A stretch of DNA of 61,712 nucleotides, filler included. It is 6 parts of 6 records of this genome, joined end to end, with 100 filler letters (N's around TTAATTAATTAA, not from the genome) between each part and the next. Parts side by side here need not be neighbours in the genome. Positions count along the whole stretch, not along the records: positions 10,696 to 21,264 come from SRR2962707_4439; positions 21,365 to 27,101 come from SRR2962707_4440; positions 27,202 to 32,752 come from SRR2962707_4443; 3 more parts are not named here. One strand, given 5' to 3'. The position numbers and the translations under genes were made by a program. The notes beneath the pieces are model-generated. The model was not told the DNA's origin. It saw only the letters and a program-made list of their open reading frames with translations, and did not search any database. Below, piece after piece: positions 19,509 to 29,838 of the stretch. Position 1 is the first letter of the stretch; every line of letters starts with the position of its first letter.

Positions 19509-20813
19509 TCAAACGCCAGTGCATACACACCAGAGAACCGGCGCGTTACGTGGGCGGGTTTCGGTGCCGCCTGTCGAACTGGTTTCACTAGGCGATCCAA
19601 CACCAGCAGTGGCCGAACCTCCAGCGGTGACAGCAAATCCCTGCCCGTAATCCGCATTGTGGGTGTGTGCCTTGATTTCATCTTCCTGCATCGTCGCCCA
19701 TTTACGAGCAGAACCTGCATTCCATCCGCGCGTGAACACACCTTCCGCGCCATCACTGCCGTTCAGGTCAGGCAGTTTGATATAATCGCCGGTCGTGCTG
19801 CGGGTATTGTCCGGGTCGGCATTGTCTGTGCAGCGATAGAAGAAATCGGCAGTCGCGTTATCGGTATCCCCGACATAGACCGCATCGACAAAGTCTGAAT
19901 AGGTCGCCACAAGAAGGCATTGACCACTGCAGGCAGCCCAGCCGCTAGGTGCTGTCTTAATCCCAAGCGGTTGATACGCCCCAATAGGCATGATCCGTTT
20001 ACTGACTTCAGCCGACAGTAAGGCCAGCGTGACACTGTCCTGAGACGCCAAAATCCCGAGTTCATCAATGGTCAGAGTTGTTGTAACCCATTCCGCAGCA
20101 CCAACTGATGCGACAATGCATGCAAACGCTTCTTTCGAAACGATGTTCAACCACCGTGAACCGGATGAGTACCCAGCACTGCTGTCATCCGTTGGAGATG
20201 GGTCGACTATTGCATCAAATTTATTCGCAGGAAGTTGCGCCGCAGATGCCGCCGCCTCCCCTGCTTTGGTTGTAGCAATCCCCGCCTGTGTCGTCGCAAT
20301 GCCTGCCTGAGTTGTCGCAGTTGAAGCGCCTGTCGTTGCCGTTACGGCGGATGCAGCAGCAGCAGTCGCAAAACCTTCAGCGTTACCGACATATCCACGA
20401 TGCGGCGTTGCCATGCGAAAGACATTGGTGTCTTCGTTGTACTTGAAAACCACGATGTCACCAGCAGTCAGATCGGCTGCTTCCGGGTCGACACCAAACG
20501 CTGTTTTGATCGAAACCGCACCTTGTGTATCGACATTAAGCGTGCTGGCCCCGGTATTGGTGGCCGGGATTTTTACCGTGACTTCCATCCCATCGACATA
20601 GCCGCCTGTTAATGCGGTTGGCATCGCTGCGGCATAAGCATTTGCGGCACCTGTTCCGACGCAATAGGTTGTTCTCCCCAGATTAAGAAGGGACAACCCC
20701 GGAATGAGATCAAAACCGACAGCAATGGATTGGAAGAACCCGTTAAGCGTACTGTTTCTTGCCAACGTATTTCGGGCAAGCGGGTTTGTGAAATTAAAGA
20801 ATTCATTACTCAT
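19509..20813 (-). CDS. Phage tail fibre protein with C-terminal collar-type domain
   Basis: NTGASTLNV segment, ATTQAGI heptad repeats, MPIG..APSGW..CSG, LPDL..FTRG..QEDEIKAHTH..ETRPRN motifs. Confidence 0.85.
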   Translation of the reverse strand: MSNEFFNFTNPLARNTLARNSTLNGFFQSIAVGFDLIPGLSLLNLGRTTYCVGTGAANAYAAAMPTALTGGYVDGMEVTVKIPATNTGASTLNVDTQGAVSIKTAFGVDPEAADLTAGDIVVFKYNEDTNVFRMATPHRGYVGNAEGFATAAAASAVTATTGASTATTQAGIATTQAGIATTKAGEAAASAAQLPANKFDAIVDPSPTDDSSAGYSSGSRWLNIVSKEAFACIVASVGAAEWVTTTLTIDELGILASQDSVTLALLSAEVSKRIMPIGAYQPLGIKTAPSGWAACSGQCLLVATYSDFVDAVYVGDTDNATADFFYRCTDNADPDNTRSTTGDYIKLPDLNGSDGAEGVFTRGWNAGSARKWATMQEDEIKAHTHNADYGQGFAVTAGGSATAGVGSPSETSSTGGTETRPRNAPVLWCVCTGV

Positions 20814-21262
20814 CTGATCGCTCTCCGATTGGAGTAAAACAGTGTCATCCCGGTCACGGTGTAAGGCGCTTCGTAAATCGCATTGGATGAAAGCACGACG
20901 CTTATGTTCGGTCCCATACCGTCGATATCCGCCCTTGCGATACCCGCTGATGGTTGCGACCAGTAAAATTCATTCCAGTAGCCTTCGCCCCAGAAGCTGC
21001 CGCCACCTCTGATCTCGAACAATTCCTCGACAACATCGGGGCGGTCAGGGTCGGAATAGCCAAAATCGGCAAGGATCCCGATGCTGTTCAATGGTGATGC
21101 ATCAAGCTCCAAGGCAACGGCATGGAACCGCTTTTCCTGATACGGCGACCCAAGATTGTTATGGGCAAGACGAAGGAAGGCTTCTACGACTTCACCATCG
21201 AAACTGGTTCCGGCATCGATCTGATAGACAAAGCCGTTATCGGAACCGAAGAATGCGATCTC
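20810..21262 (-). CDS. Podovirus tail/stabilisation protein, C-terminal fragment
   Basis: Frame open to the contig edge: EIAFFGSDNGFVYQIDAGTSFDG..WGEGYWNEFYW; ATGA overlap with the tail fibre gene. Confidence 0.65.
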   Translation of the reverse strand, partial: EIAFFGSDNGFVYQIDAGTSFDGEVVEAFLRLAHNNLGSPYQEKRFHAVALELDASPLNSIGILADFGYSDPDRPDVVEELFEIRGGGSFWGEGYWNEFYWSQPSAGIARADIDGMGPNISVVLSSNAIYEAPYTVTGMTLFYSNRRAIR

Positions 21263-21264
21263 GT

Positions 21265-21364
21265 NNNNNNNNNNNNNNNNNNNNNNNNNNNNNNNNNNNN
21301 NNNNNNNNTTAATTAATTAANNNNNNNNNNNNNNNNNNNNNNNNNNNNNNNNNNNNNNNNNNNN
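21265..21364. other. Artificial contig spacer
   Basis: N-run, TTAATTAATTAA, N-run. Confidence 0.97.
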
Positions 21365-21386
21365 TTTATACGGCCGCGGCTGGCAA

Positions 21387-22049
21387 ATGCTTGAAGGGGG
21401 ATTTGTCACGATTCAGCTTTGCCTGTCTGTGTTGCCTTTTATGATCATTATCGGGTTGCTGGGGGCATCGGCGAAATTGTCGTCGTTCCGCCTGCTGCGT
21501 ATTATCGGTGAAAGTTACACTGTCATTATTCGTGGAATTCCCGAACTTCTTGTTATTTTGTTGATTTATTTCGGTGGTACCATTGCCATTCAGAACCTTG
21601 CTGAGTGGCTGTCGGGCGAAGAAACCCGCGTTGATATTCCAGCATTCTGGTCAGGGGTCGCGGCCTTGGCATTGGTTCAGGGCGCGTTTGCGTCTGAAGT
21701 CTTCCGCGCAGCCATGCAATCCATCCCGGTCGGTCAGATTGAAGCAGCAACCGCATGTGGCATGACACCCCGTCAAATATTCCTGCGCATCAAGCTTCCG
21801 CAATTATGGCGGTTTGCCCTGCCCGGTTTGAATAATCTGTTTCAGGTTTTGATCAAGGATACGGCCCTTATTTCTGTGGTCGGTGTCGAGGAAATCATGC
21901 GCAAGGCCGCCATCGGGGCCGGAACGGAAAAAGCCCCCTTTACCTTCTATCTTGTTGCGATGTTGATGTTCCTGGCCTTTACGACGATTTCTCTTTTCGT
22001 TTTCAACCGACTTGAAAAGCGGGCTGCCCGCGGGATCGCGAGGGCCTGA
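21387..22049 (+). CDS. Polar amino-acid ABC transporter permease (HisQ/OccQ-like), probably 5' truncated
   Basis: IRGIPELL, SEVFRAA..GQIEAA..GM EAA loop, KDTALISVVG. Confidence 0.9.
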   Translation: MLEGGFVTIQLCLSVLPFMIIIGLLGASAKLSSFRLLRIIGESYTVIIRGIPELLVILLIYFGGTIAIQNLAEWLSGEETRVDIPAFWSGVAALALVQGAFASEVFRAAMQSIPVGQIEAATACGMTPRQIFLRIKLPQLWRFALPGLNNLFQVLIKDTALISVVGVEEIMRKAAIGAGTEKAPFTFYLVAMLMFLAFTTISLFVFNRLEKRAARGIARA

Positions 22050-22052
22050 TAG

Positions 22053-22796
22053 ATGTTTGAAGACTTTATCTACGTTCTGACAAAATATGATGTCTGGCTG
22101 TGGCGGGGTTTCTTGCTGACAGCGCAACTTCTGGTGATTTCAGTTGCCTTTGGCACAGTTCTGGCCATTCCGCTTGCGGTGGCCCGTGTGTCCAAGAAAG
22201 TCTGGATACAGGCCGTTCCCTTTGCTTTCATCTATATGTTCCGCGGCACCCCCCTGATTGGGCAGTTGTTCATGATGTATTACGGGGTCGGTCAGCTGGT
22301 TGCCAACATTGATGGCATTCAGGACCATTGGACGTGGACATATCTGCGCGATCCATACTGGTACTGTCTTCTGACATTTGTTCTCAATACCGCGGCCTAC
22401 GTCGCCGAAATCATGCGCGGTGGCATTCAAAACGTTCCGAGCGGTGAAATCGAAGCAGCACACGCATGCGGGATGACTCCGTTTACCACCTACCGCCGCA
22501 TTATTTTCCCGCGTATGTGGCAGATGATCTGGCCTGCCTATACCAATGACGTCATTTTTACCCTTAAAGCCACATCGCTGGCATCGACGGTGACCTTGAT
22601 TGAATTAACAGGAGCCGCCCGCAAGATTGTCGCCCGCACCGCCCTGCCCTATGAGGCGTTTATTTCGGCAGGTTTGATTTATCTGATCATTGTGTATGTC
22701 CTGACACTTGGCTTTAAGATGATCGAGCGGTATTTGCGGCGAAGCGAAAAACGTAAGGATAAACTGCCAGGTAAAATCAAACCCATGGGGGTCTGA
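22053..22796 (+). CDS. Polar amino-acid ABC transporter permease (HisM/OccM-like)
   Basis: FRGTPL, AYVAEIMRGG..GEIEAA, KATSLAS motifs. Confidence 0.9.
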   Translation: MFEDFIYVLTKYDVWLWRGFLLTAQLLVISVAFGTVLAIPLAVARVSKKVWIQAVPFAFIYMFRGTPLIGQLFMMYYGVGQLVANIDGIQDHWTWTYLRDPYWYCLLTFVLNTAAYVAEIMRGGIQNVPSGEIEAAHACGMTPFTTYRRIIFPRMWQMIWPAYTNDVIFTLKATSLASTVTLIELTGAARKIVARTALPYEAFISAGLIYLIIVYVLTLGFKMIERYLRRSEKRKDKLPGKIKPMGV

Positions 22797-22899
22797 CTTG
22801 AATGTTTTTGGTCAGTATGTGTTGTCGTCAACGCAGTATTGATATCAAAAAGTTATACCGTTTCATCACGTCATATCGTTGCCAACGCAGGACCAGAAA

Positions 22900-24039
22900 A
22901 TGCAAGAAGACCGCATTAACCTTGTGCGTCCGCAAATGGGGACATCCAGAGCACTGACCGTGCGCCGCTATGGAAAAGTTGGCCGCGGGCCGAAGGCCTA
23001 TTTTCAGGCTGCCTTGCATGCCGATGAACTTCCCGGTGTCATTACCCTTCATCACCTTGAAGCGTTGCTTAAAGAAGCCGACGCCAAAGATGAAATCACC
23101 GGCGAAATCGTTATTGTTCCGTTCGCCAACCCAATCGGCTTTACCCAGTATGTCGATATGAAACCACTTGGCCGGTTTGAAATGCGCAGTGGTCAAAACT
23201 TTAACCGGCATTATCCGGATTTAAGCCCGGCCCTGATTGAGGCGGTAGCATCCAAGCTGACGCAGAATGCCGATCAGAATGTTGCAATCATTCGAGCTGA
23301 ATTACGACGCCTGATTGCCAAGAGCCGCAAAGACAGTGCACCGCTAACCGATCTTGTTGACTTGCGCCTGACGCTTGCGGAACTGGCGATTGATGCGGAC
23401 TATGTGATGGATCTGCATTGCGACTGGGAAGCACCAATGCATCTTTATATCAGCGATCACAACTGGCCAGATGCGGCTGACCTCTCAGCCCAGATCGGCT
23501 CGGAATGCAGTCTGATTGCAGAGATCAGCGGTGACAACCCGTTTGACGAAACATTCAGCCGTCCCTGGGTCGAGTTGCGCCGGGTCTATCGCGATAGATT
23601 CCCCATTCCAATGGCGACCCTTGCCACAACGATTGAGTTTCGCGGCGACCGCGATGTGTATGATGACTATGCAATCAAGGATGCGGACAATCTGTTTAAA
23701 TTCCTGCAGCGTCGCGGCCTGATCAAAGGTGATCCGGGGCCCCTTCCCGATGCCAAATGTGATGCCACCCCGCTTTCAGGTGTTGACCGGGTAATGGCGC
23801 CGCATGGCGGTATGGTGGTGTTTCATATTGAAGCCGGAGCGAAAGTCAAAGCAGGTCAGGAACTTGGATATGTTCTTGACTGTGAAACCGGGCAGAAAAC
23901 CACGTTTTCAAGCCGGACCAACGGCGTTCTTTATTCGCGCATTGGCATTCGCCTGATCGTTCCGGGTGGGTATTTGTGTTCTGTCGCTGGCGCAGAACCA
24001 TTACCGGGCCGCGAAGGGCAACTTTTACTGTCAAAATAA
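22900..24039 (+). CDS. Succinylglutamate desuccinylase/aspartoacylase (M14) family protein
   Basis: LHADE, ANPIG, NFNR, DLHCD, TIEFRG motifs. Confidence 0.88.
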   Translation: MQEDRINLVRPQMGTSRALTVRRYGKVGRGPKAYFQAALHADELPGVITLHHLEALLKEADAKDEITGEIVIVPFANPIGFTQYVDMKPLGRFEMRSGQNFNRHYPDLSPALIEAVASKLTQNADQNVAIIRAELRRLIAKSRKDSAPLTDLVDLRLTLAELAIDADYVMDLHCDWEAPMHLYISDHNWPDAADLSAQIGSECSLIAEISGDNPFDETFSRPWVELRRVYRDRFPIPMATLATTIEFRGDRDVYDDYAIKDADNLFKFLQRRGLIKGDPGPLPDAKCDATPLSGVDRVMAPHGGMVVFHIEAGAKVKAGQELGYVLDCETGQKTTFSSRTNGVLYSRIGIRLIVPGGYLCSVAGAEPLPGREGQLLLSK

Positions 24040-24240
24040 ACCATCAGATCTGGCTTTAGCCTGTTCTGATTGAAACTGTGTTTTGGGACGGATTGATTGA
24101 TTGCTTGGCCAAGGTTGGATACCTTTGTCGCCGGTATTCGGTCTCGATCAGACCGTGATTGAAACCGTCTTTCGTCATCATCGTTAAATGGTGATGCACA
24201 CCAGAATAATTTGCGTTCTACGCGTTGCAAGGATGACCTG

Positions 24241-25074
24241 ATGTTCGACCCGAAAACCGTTCCCGACGTTATTAAAATGGCTGCGAAAAAGGCCATTTCT
24301 GACGCCGAAACCGCGCGTCGCGCCATTTCCGTTCTGGATTTGACCAGCTTGAATGATGACGATACGCCCGAGGTAATCGAGGCCCTGTGCAAACGCGCGC
24401 AAACGCCTGCGGGCAATACAGCTGCGGTTTGTGTGTTCGCACCGTTCGTTGAAACGTCATGGCGGGCTCTGGGCCAAAGCGGGGTTAAAACCGCGACAGT
24501 GGTTAACTTCCCCGAAGGCGGCACCAATGCCCAGCGCGTTGGCGATGAAACAGCCGACTACGTTGCCAAGGGTGCCGATGAAGTTGATCTGGTTCTTCCC
24601 TATAAGGCGTTTCTGTCGGGTGACTTGGCAAGTGTGGTTGATGTTCTTGACGCAACACGCACGGCCTGCGGCCCCATGACCACCATGAAAGTCATCCTTG
24701 AAACCGGTGAATTTGATGGCCTGTCAAAGATTTATGACGCCGCCCGCCTTGCGATCAAACACGGTGCGAATTTTGTCAAAACCTCAACCGGGAAAGTTCC
24801 GGTTGGTGCCACACCGGAATCGGCCGTTGCCATGCTGACGGCCATTCGTGATGCGCGTGATGAAGATGGCGCTGTTGCGGGTTTCAAGGCATCTGGCGGG
24901 GTAAAAACCACAGCTGACGCCGCTCTTTATCTCGCGATTGCCGACGAGATCATGGGCGACGGCTGGGCAACACCGCAAACCTTCCGGTTTGGGGCAAGTG
25001 GCGTTTTGACCGCCCTGCTGGAAACCTGCGGCATTGATCAGAACAATGCACCTGCGGCGACTGGCAACTACTAG
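24241..25074 (+). CDS. deoC: Deoxyribose-phosphate aldolase
   Basis: DLTSL, TVVNFP, GADEVD, KVILETGE, FVKTSTGK, GFKASGG, RFGASG. Confidence 0.95.
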   Translation: MFDPKTVPDVIKMAAKKAISDAETARRAISVLDLTSLNDDDTPEVIEALCKRAQTPAGNTAAVCVFAPFVETSWRALGQSGVKTATVVNFPEGGTNAQRVGDETADYVAKGADEVDLVLPYKAFLSGDLASVVDVLDATRTACGPMTTMKVILETGEFDGLSKIYDAARLAIKHGANFVKTSTGKVPVGATPESAVAMLTAIRDARDEDGAVAGFKASGGVKTTADAALYLAIADEIMGDGWATPQTFRFGASGVLTALLETCGIDQNNAPAATGNY

Positions 25075-25134
25075 AAAAAATTACTATCTGCCAGACAGAA
25101 TAAGACGGCAGAACATGGTTGAAGGAAGACATTA

Positions 25135-26358
25135 ATGGCACGTGCCATCATCATCGTGGCAGACAGCTTTGGCATTGGCAGCGCACCGGATGCGGCCAAA
25201 TTCGGTGATCAGGGTTCTGATACTCTTGGTCATATTGCCGAACATTGTGCACAGGGCCTTGCTGATAACGATCAACGCAGCGGGCCATTGCATATTCCAA
25301 ACATGGTCGCACTTGGTCTGGGCGAAGCCGCAAAAGACGCCACTGGTCGCGTTCCACCGGGATTGGATCATGGCGGTGCGATCCTTGGGGCCTTTGGCCA
25401 TGCCAAAGAACTGTCACGCGGCAAAGACACCCCAAGTGGTCATTGGGAAATTGCCGGTGTGCCCGTCGATTTCGATTGGGGATATTTCCCGCAAACGGTT
25501 CCGACGTTTCCAGCGGAATTGACCGATGCCTTTATCAAACAGGCAAAGCTGCCCGGGATTCTTGGTAATTGCCATGCATCTGGCACAAATATCATTGCCG
25601 ATCTTGGTCAGGAACATATCAAAACCGGCATGCCGATTTGCTATACATCGGCCGACAGCGTGTTCCAAATTGCCGCACACGAAGAACATTTCGGTCTTGA
25701 TCGGCTTTATGATATCTGCGAAATCGCATTCAAACTGGTCGAACCGTATAATATTGGCCGCGTGATTGCCCGCCCGTTCGTCGGCGAAAGCCCCGCGGAT
25801 TTCAAACGTACTGCAAACCGTCGTGATTTGGCCATCCCGCCGCACAAATCCACTTTGCTTGATCTGTTCAGCAATGCGGGCGGCAAGGTCATTTCGGTTG
25901 GCAAGATCGCCGATATCTATGCCCACCGTGGGATTGCGAAAAAGGTCAAGGCATCGGGCAATATGGCCCTGTTTGACGCTATGATGACAGAAATCGCCGA
26001 AGCGCCTGATAACAGCATTGTGTTTACCAACCTTGTCGACTTTGACATGGAATTCGGCCATCGTCGCGATGTTCCGGGCTATGCCAATGCACTTGAAGAG
26101 TTCGATGTCCGTATTCCGGAATTGCGTAACGCCCTGAAACCGGGTGACCTGGTGATTGTAACCGCCGACCATGGCTGTGACCCGACTTGGCGTGGGAATG
26201 ATCACACGCGTGAGTTTGTGCCGGTACTGGCCTTTGGTCCTGCGATTGCGCCCGGCCCGTTTGGAATGCGCGAAACCTTTGCCGATATCGGGCAAACGGT
26301 CGCCGATCATTTAGGCATTGCGCCGCTTGCAACAGGCACGTCTTTTTTAAACGGATAA
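25135..26358 (+). CDS. deoB: Phosphopentomutase
   Basis: [48 protein letters not shown]. Confidence 0.96.
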   Translation: MARAIIIVADSFGIGSAPDAAKFGDQGSDTLGHIAEHCAQGLADNDQRSGPLHIPNMVALGLGEAAKDATGRVPPGLDHGGAILGAFGHAKELSRGKDTPSGHWEIAGVPVDFDWGYFPQTVPTFPAELTDAFIKQAKLPGILGNCHASGTNIIADLGQEHIKTGMPICYTSADSVFQIAAHEEHFGLDRLYDICEIAFKLVEPYNIGRVIARPFVGESPADFKRTANRRDLAIPPHKSTLLDLFSNAGGKVISVGKIADIYAHRGIAKKVKASGNMALFDAMMTEIAEAPDNSIVFTNLVDFDMEFGHRRDVPGYANALEEFDVRIPELRNALKPGDLVIVTADHGCDPTWRGNDHTREFVPVLAFGPAIAPGPFGMRETFADIGQTVADHLGIAPLATGTSFLNG

Positions 26359-26362
26359 CGCA

Positions 26363-27052
26363 ATGAATTGGCATGCTGGACAAAACGAAACATCATTGAT
26401 GCCGATCCGTATTGAGGCAATCGTCGATACGATTTGTCCATGGTGCTACATTGGCAAAAAGCGCCTTGAAAAGGCATTGTCGCGCGAACAGCTTGATAAC
26501 CTGATTATCAACTGGCGGCCCTTCCTGCTTAATCCTGATATGCCAAATGGTGGTATTGACCGGAAACTTTATCTGTCGGCCAAGTTTGGCGGGACTGAAA
26601 GTGCCACACGCGTTTACAAGGCTATCGAAACGGCCGGGGCGGCTGTTGGTATTGATTTTAAGTTCGACGACATCAAAATCACACCAGATTCAACAGACTC
26701 ACATCGCCTGATTTTCAAGGTGTGCTCAGAACGCCCTGCCGTTGGCAATGCCTTGGTCGAGGACCTGTTTGTGGCCTATTTCCTTGAAGGTCAAAACATT
26801 GGCGACCTTGATATTCTGGCGGAAATTGCCGTAACACACGGCGAAGACCGAAATGAAATCCTGGATTACCTTGCCGGCGATATGGACCGTGATTTCGTTG
26901 GACAGGAAAACCGGGTTGCACATCAGATGGGTGTGACCGGTGTTCCGTGCTTTGTCTTTAACGGTCGTCATGCACTGTCGGGCGCACAGGAACCTGAAAT
27001 TCTTCAGCGCATGGTACGGCTTGCCCGACAAGAAGAAACACCCGCATCATAA
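26363..27052 (+). CDS. DsbA/FrnE family oxidoreductase
   Basis: DTICPWCYIGK, GVTGVP, SGAQ motifs; start could be 26399. Confidence 0.9.
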   Translation: MNWHAGQNETSLMPIRIEAIVDTICPWCYIGKKRLEKALSREQLDNLIINWRPFLLNPDMPNGGIDRKLYLSAKFGGTESATRVYKAIETAGAAVGIDFKFDDIKITPDSTDSHRLIFKVCSERPAVGNALVEDLFVAYFLEGQNIGDLDILAEIAVTHGEDRNEILDYLAGDMDRDFVGQENRVAHQMGVTGVPCFVFNGRHALSGAQEPEILQRMVRLARQEETPAS

Positions 27053-27068
27053 AGGTGGATCAATGAAG

Positions 27069-27101
27069 AAAAAAAAGGCGGGATAACAATTTGTTACCCG
27101 C
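27069..27101. terminator. Probable terminator hairpin, truncated at the contig end
   Basis: A-run then GCGGGATAACAA-T-TTGTTACCCGC. Confidence 0.55.
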
Positions 27102-27201
27102 NNNNNNNNNNNNNNNNNNNNNNNNNNNNNNNNNNNNNNNNNNNNTTAATTAATTAANNNNNNNNNNNNNNNNNNNNNNNNNNNNNNNNNNNNNNNNNNN
27201 N
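27102..27201. other. Artificial contig spacer
   Basis: N-run, TTAATTAATTAA, N-run. Confidence 0.97.
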
Positions 27202-27220
27202 CCAACTGAGCTAAACCCCT
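27202..27220 (-). tRNA. 5' fragment of a tRNA (acceptor strand and D arm), possibly tRNA-Trp
   Basis: Minus strand AGGGGTTTAGCTCAGTTGG runs into the contig edge; the anticodon is not visible, so identity is inferred from the AGGGG start. Confidence 0.6.
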
Positions 27221-27276
27221 TCAGGCGAGGCTGTGTCTAATGGCAAAGCGGTGACTTCGCAAGACCCTTCCGTGCC

Positions 27277-27669
27277 TTACATCCAGATATGGGGCAAAAC
27301 TGGCAGGGCCATCATCACCGTGCCGACCAGCGCCAGTGTAAAGCACACCGAGCGCCACGGGGATAAGCCGGCCATATAGCTCATCACATGGCCCACCCGG
27401 CCGAGCAGATAGACGCTCGCGCCGGTCAGAGCCAGCCAGCCCTGTTCGCCCAGAACAATGCACAGCACCGCCAGAACCAGGAAAATCGGCAGTGTTTCCT
27501 GCAGGTTGGACAGCGCTCGCCGCGACCGCGCCAGCGGCTGGGTCGGCTCGGGCAACGCGTCGCGCGTCCCCATCTGCTTTTCGGGGCCCACCTGCCGGGT
27601 AAGGTAATAGGCGGGCATAAGCGCCTGCACGAGCAGCAGAAGCAGAACGAGAAGGATGATGCCGAGCAT
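27277..27669 (-). CDS. MAPEG family membrane protein
   Basis: RD..RSRRALSNLQETLPIF, RVGH motifs with four hydrophobic helices. Confidence 0.85.
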   Translation of the reverse strand: MLGIILLVLLLLLVQALMPAYYLTRQVGPEKQMGTRDALPEPTQPLARSRRALSNLQETLPIFLVLAVLCIVLGEQGWLALTGASVYLLGRVGHVMSYMAGLSPWRSVCFTLALVGTVMMALPVLPHIWM

Positions 27670-27868
27670 ACGAAAAGCCTTGGTAGGTTGCCTGAACGGG
27701 CTAGCAGACTGCTAACGTTGAGTACAACCGATCAGTTCACCGCCAATCGCACCAGACCGGCATTTACAAATCCCGCCAGCCAGCCAATAAAGATCAGGCG
27801 AGTTTTGGGAATCCGCGGCGGCTGCCGACATGTTCACTCAGGGACCAACCGGTCCCGGAAGGAAACCG

Positions 27869-28456
27869 ATGCGCCTTCTGCTCGCTCTGATCTTGCTGGT
27901 CACCTCCCCCACCCTCGCTTTCGCTCATACCGGTCATGGCACCACAATGACCCTGCTGGCTGGCCTTAGCCATCCGCTGGCCGGCCTAGACCATGTGCTG
28001 GCCATGCTGGTCGTGGGCATTTTTGCGGCGGTGCTAGGCGGTCGCGCACTGTTTCTGGTGCCGTTGAGCTTTCTGGCGATGATGATTGCCGGCTTTGCCC
28101 TGGGTGTGGCGCAGATCGGCCTGCCTTATGTGGAACTGGCCATTGCGCTCTCCAGCGTGGTGATCGGTCTGGCTGCGGCCCTCAAGCGCCCCCTGCCCCT
28201 GGCTGGTGCCATGGCGTTGGTCGGCAGCTTCGCGCTGTTCCACGGCCATGCCCATGGCGCTGAAATGCCCGCGGGTGGCGACGCACTGAATTATGCACTG
28301 GGCTTTACTGCGGCCACGGCCATGATCTGCACCACCGGCGTTGCGGCAACGCGGACCCTGCGCCGCCTGACAGGCCGTCACGGCGCCAATCTGGTGCGCG
28401 CCGCAGCCGCAACTGGTGCGCTGATGGGCGCCGGCGTGCTGGCCGGCTGGATCTGA
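27869..28456 (+). CDS. HupE/UreJ family Ni/Co transporter
   Basis: AFAH, HPLAGLDHVLAM, FHGHAHGAE motifs; AAGGA RBS. Confidence 0.92.
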   Translation: MRLLLALILLVTSPTLAFAHTGHGTTMTLLAGLSHPLAGLDHVLAMLVVGIFAAVLGGRALFLVPLSFLAMMIAGFALGVAQIGLPYVELAIALSSVVIGLAAALKRPLPLAGAMALVGSFALFHGHAHGAEMPAGGDALNYALGFTAATAMICTTGVAATRTLRRLTGRHGANLVRAAAATGALMGAGVLAGWI

Positions 28457-28528
28457 CGACCGAACAGGCAAACGGCGCTGGCCACGATCCCGTGGAGCCA
28501 GCGCCGCAAACCGGACAAACCTGTGCGC

Positions 28529-29662
28529 TTAGCGCTCGTCGCCGAAATAGGCGTTTTCCAGCGTATCGAGGAAGCCGTCTTCCTTGAGGCCGAGTAGATT
28601 GACGGTCACGGGAATGATCAGCGAATTGTCGGCATAGGGCAGCGAGAAGCCGTATTTGTCGGGCTGGAAAATTCGTCCCACCACATCCAGGCTCAGATCA
28701 GGGTGCTGCAGCTTGTAGTATTCCAGCACGGGCGCATCGTGCACCACCGCATCTACCCGATTGTCACGCAGCGCCTGCACAGCCGCTTCAATCCCCTCAA
28801 ACCGGCGAATATCGACATAGTCCGCCAGCATGGCGCGCTCGCCCACACTGCCCTCCAGCACGCCAATGGTATGCCCCTCAAGATCATCGGGGCCGTTAAT
28901 GGTCCCTTCGATGGCCAGGCTGGTCATCACGCTGGTCACCGATGAGGTGACATAGGCAAAGGCGGCGATGCCGATGATCAGCCAGAGGGCTGAGAAGATG
29001 CGCCCCAACCAGCCAAACAGGCGGGTGCGGCCGGGCAAGGTCCCCTTGGTCACCAACAGCATGATGGCATAAAAACTCTCGGCCACGCCCTCGCGCCAGC
29101 GCTTGGGAAAATCCTTGTCAAAGCGCCGGTCGAACAGGGTCAGCCCCAGCGTGGCCGCAACGATGAGCAGGACAATCCAGCCATAGGCCTTGAGGTAACC
29201 AGCATTGCTCAGCCCGCTCCAGATATCGCCCGCCGTAGTGGTGCCGCTCTCGTCGATCATCACCCGCAGCCCACCGTCAAACCAGGGCTGGGTAAAATCG
29301 ACCACGGCGGCACGATCCTCGGTGATCGAGATATTGCTGGTGGCAATGTCGATTTCGCCCGCCTCGGTCGCCGCCAACAAGGCGCCAATGGTGGGGTATT
29401 CGACGTAGTCGGAGCTGTAGCCGAGCCCCCGGGCGATCTCCTCCCAAAGCTCGATAGCCATTCCGCCCACCGCCCCATCGCCGTCGCGCATCACAAAGGG
29501 CGGACTGACGTGATACCCAACGGTTACCGGTTGCGCTGCGCTCGGTGTCGGGGGCGTCGCGCTCTGGGCCGTCGCCGTCCCGGCCAGAACCAGATTACAG
29601 ATAACCCCAAGCAGCAGGGCTATCGCGCGCCTGTCCGGTAGCGACTCGGTTACCAATTGCAT
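28529..29662 (-). CDS. Periplasmic-binding-domain/ion-channel fusion (prokaryotic iGluR/GluR0-like architecture)
   Basis: SBP family-3 S1 (PPFVM, ISITEDR..VDFTQPW), M1-pore-M2 (GRIFSALWL, VTSSVTS), S2 (INGPDDL, VVHDAPVLEY, YGF); start uncertain. Confidence 0.8.
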   Translation of the reverse strand: MQLVTESLPDRRAIALLLGVICNLVLAGTATAQSATPPTPSAAQPVTVGYHVSPPFVMRDGDGAVGGMAIELWEEIARGLGYSSDYVEYPTIGALLAATEAGEIDIATSNISITEDRAAVVDFTQPWFDGGLRVMIDESGTTTAGDIWSGLSNAGYLKAYGWIVLLIVAATLGLTLFDRRFDKDFPKRWREGVAESFYAIMLLVTKGTLPGRTRLFGWLGRIFSALWLIIGIAAFAYVTSSVTSVMTSLAIEGTINGPDDLEGHTIGVLEGSVGERAMLADYVDIRRFEGIEAAVQALRDNRVDAVVHDAPVLEYYKLQHPDLSLDVVGRIFQPDKYGFSLPYADNSLIIPVTVNLLGLKEDGFLDTLENAYFGDER

Positions 29663-29838
29663 AGCCCGATGAGCGGAGAGGACGGAACGGAGCTTGTCGA
29701 TCAATTCAGGCACTTTCGCTGGGCGCCCCGGCCATGGCTCGGCCATGCGTGCCTGGGCGCTGTGTCTAAGGCGGGTTGTGGCGCATTGGACAACAGTTTG
29801 GTTGCGCAAAACTAACCAGAATCCAAAAACCTCCGGGC

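Larger units (their letters stand above)
11135..21264 (-). mobile_element. Prophage late region (podovirus-like), one end abutting glnA; truncated by the contig end
   Basis: Tightly packed co-oriented tail, tail-fibre, ejection-like and lysis genes directly after the host glnA stop; no tape-measure or sheath genes in this part. Confidence 0.85.

Noticed and set aside
19509-20813. Diversity-generating retroelement or invertible tail-fibre system
   Set aside because: No reverse transcriptase, template repeat, invertase or duplicated fibre tip in the visible prophage part.
24241-26358. deoC-deoB without deoA/deoD as a novel pathway
   Set aside because: Split deo operons are common and the contig is short.
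27670-27868. Cobalamin riboswitch upstream of hupE/ureJ
   Set aside because: Only a GGGAA is present; I could not find the GCCCCCGC-ACTGT or B12-box elements. An Rfam scan would settle it.
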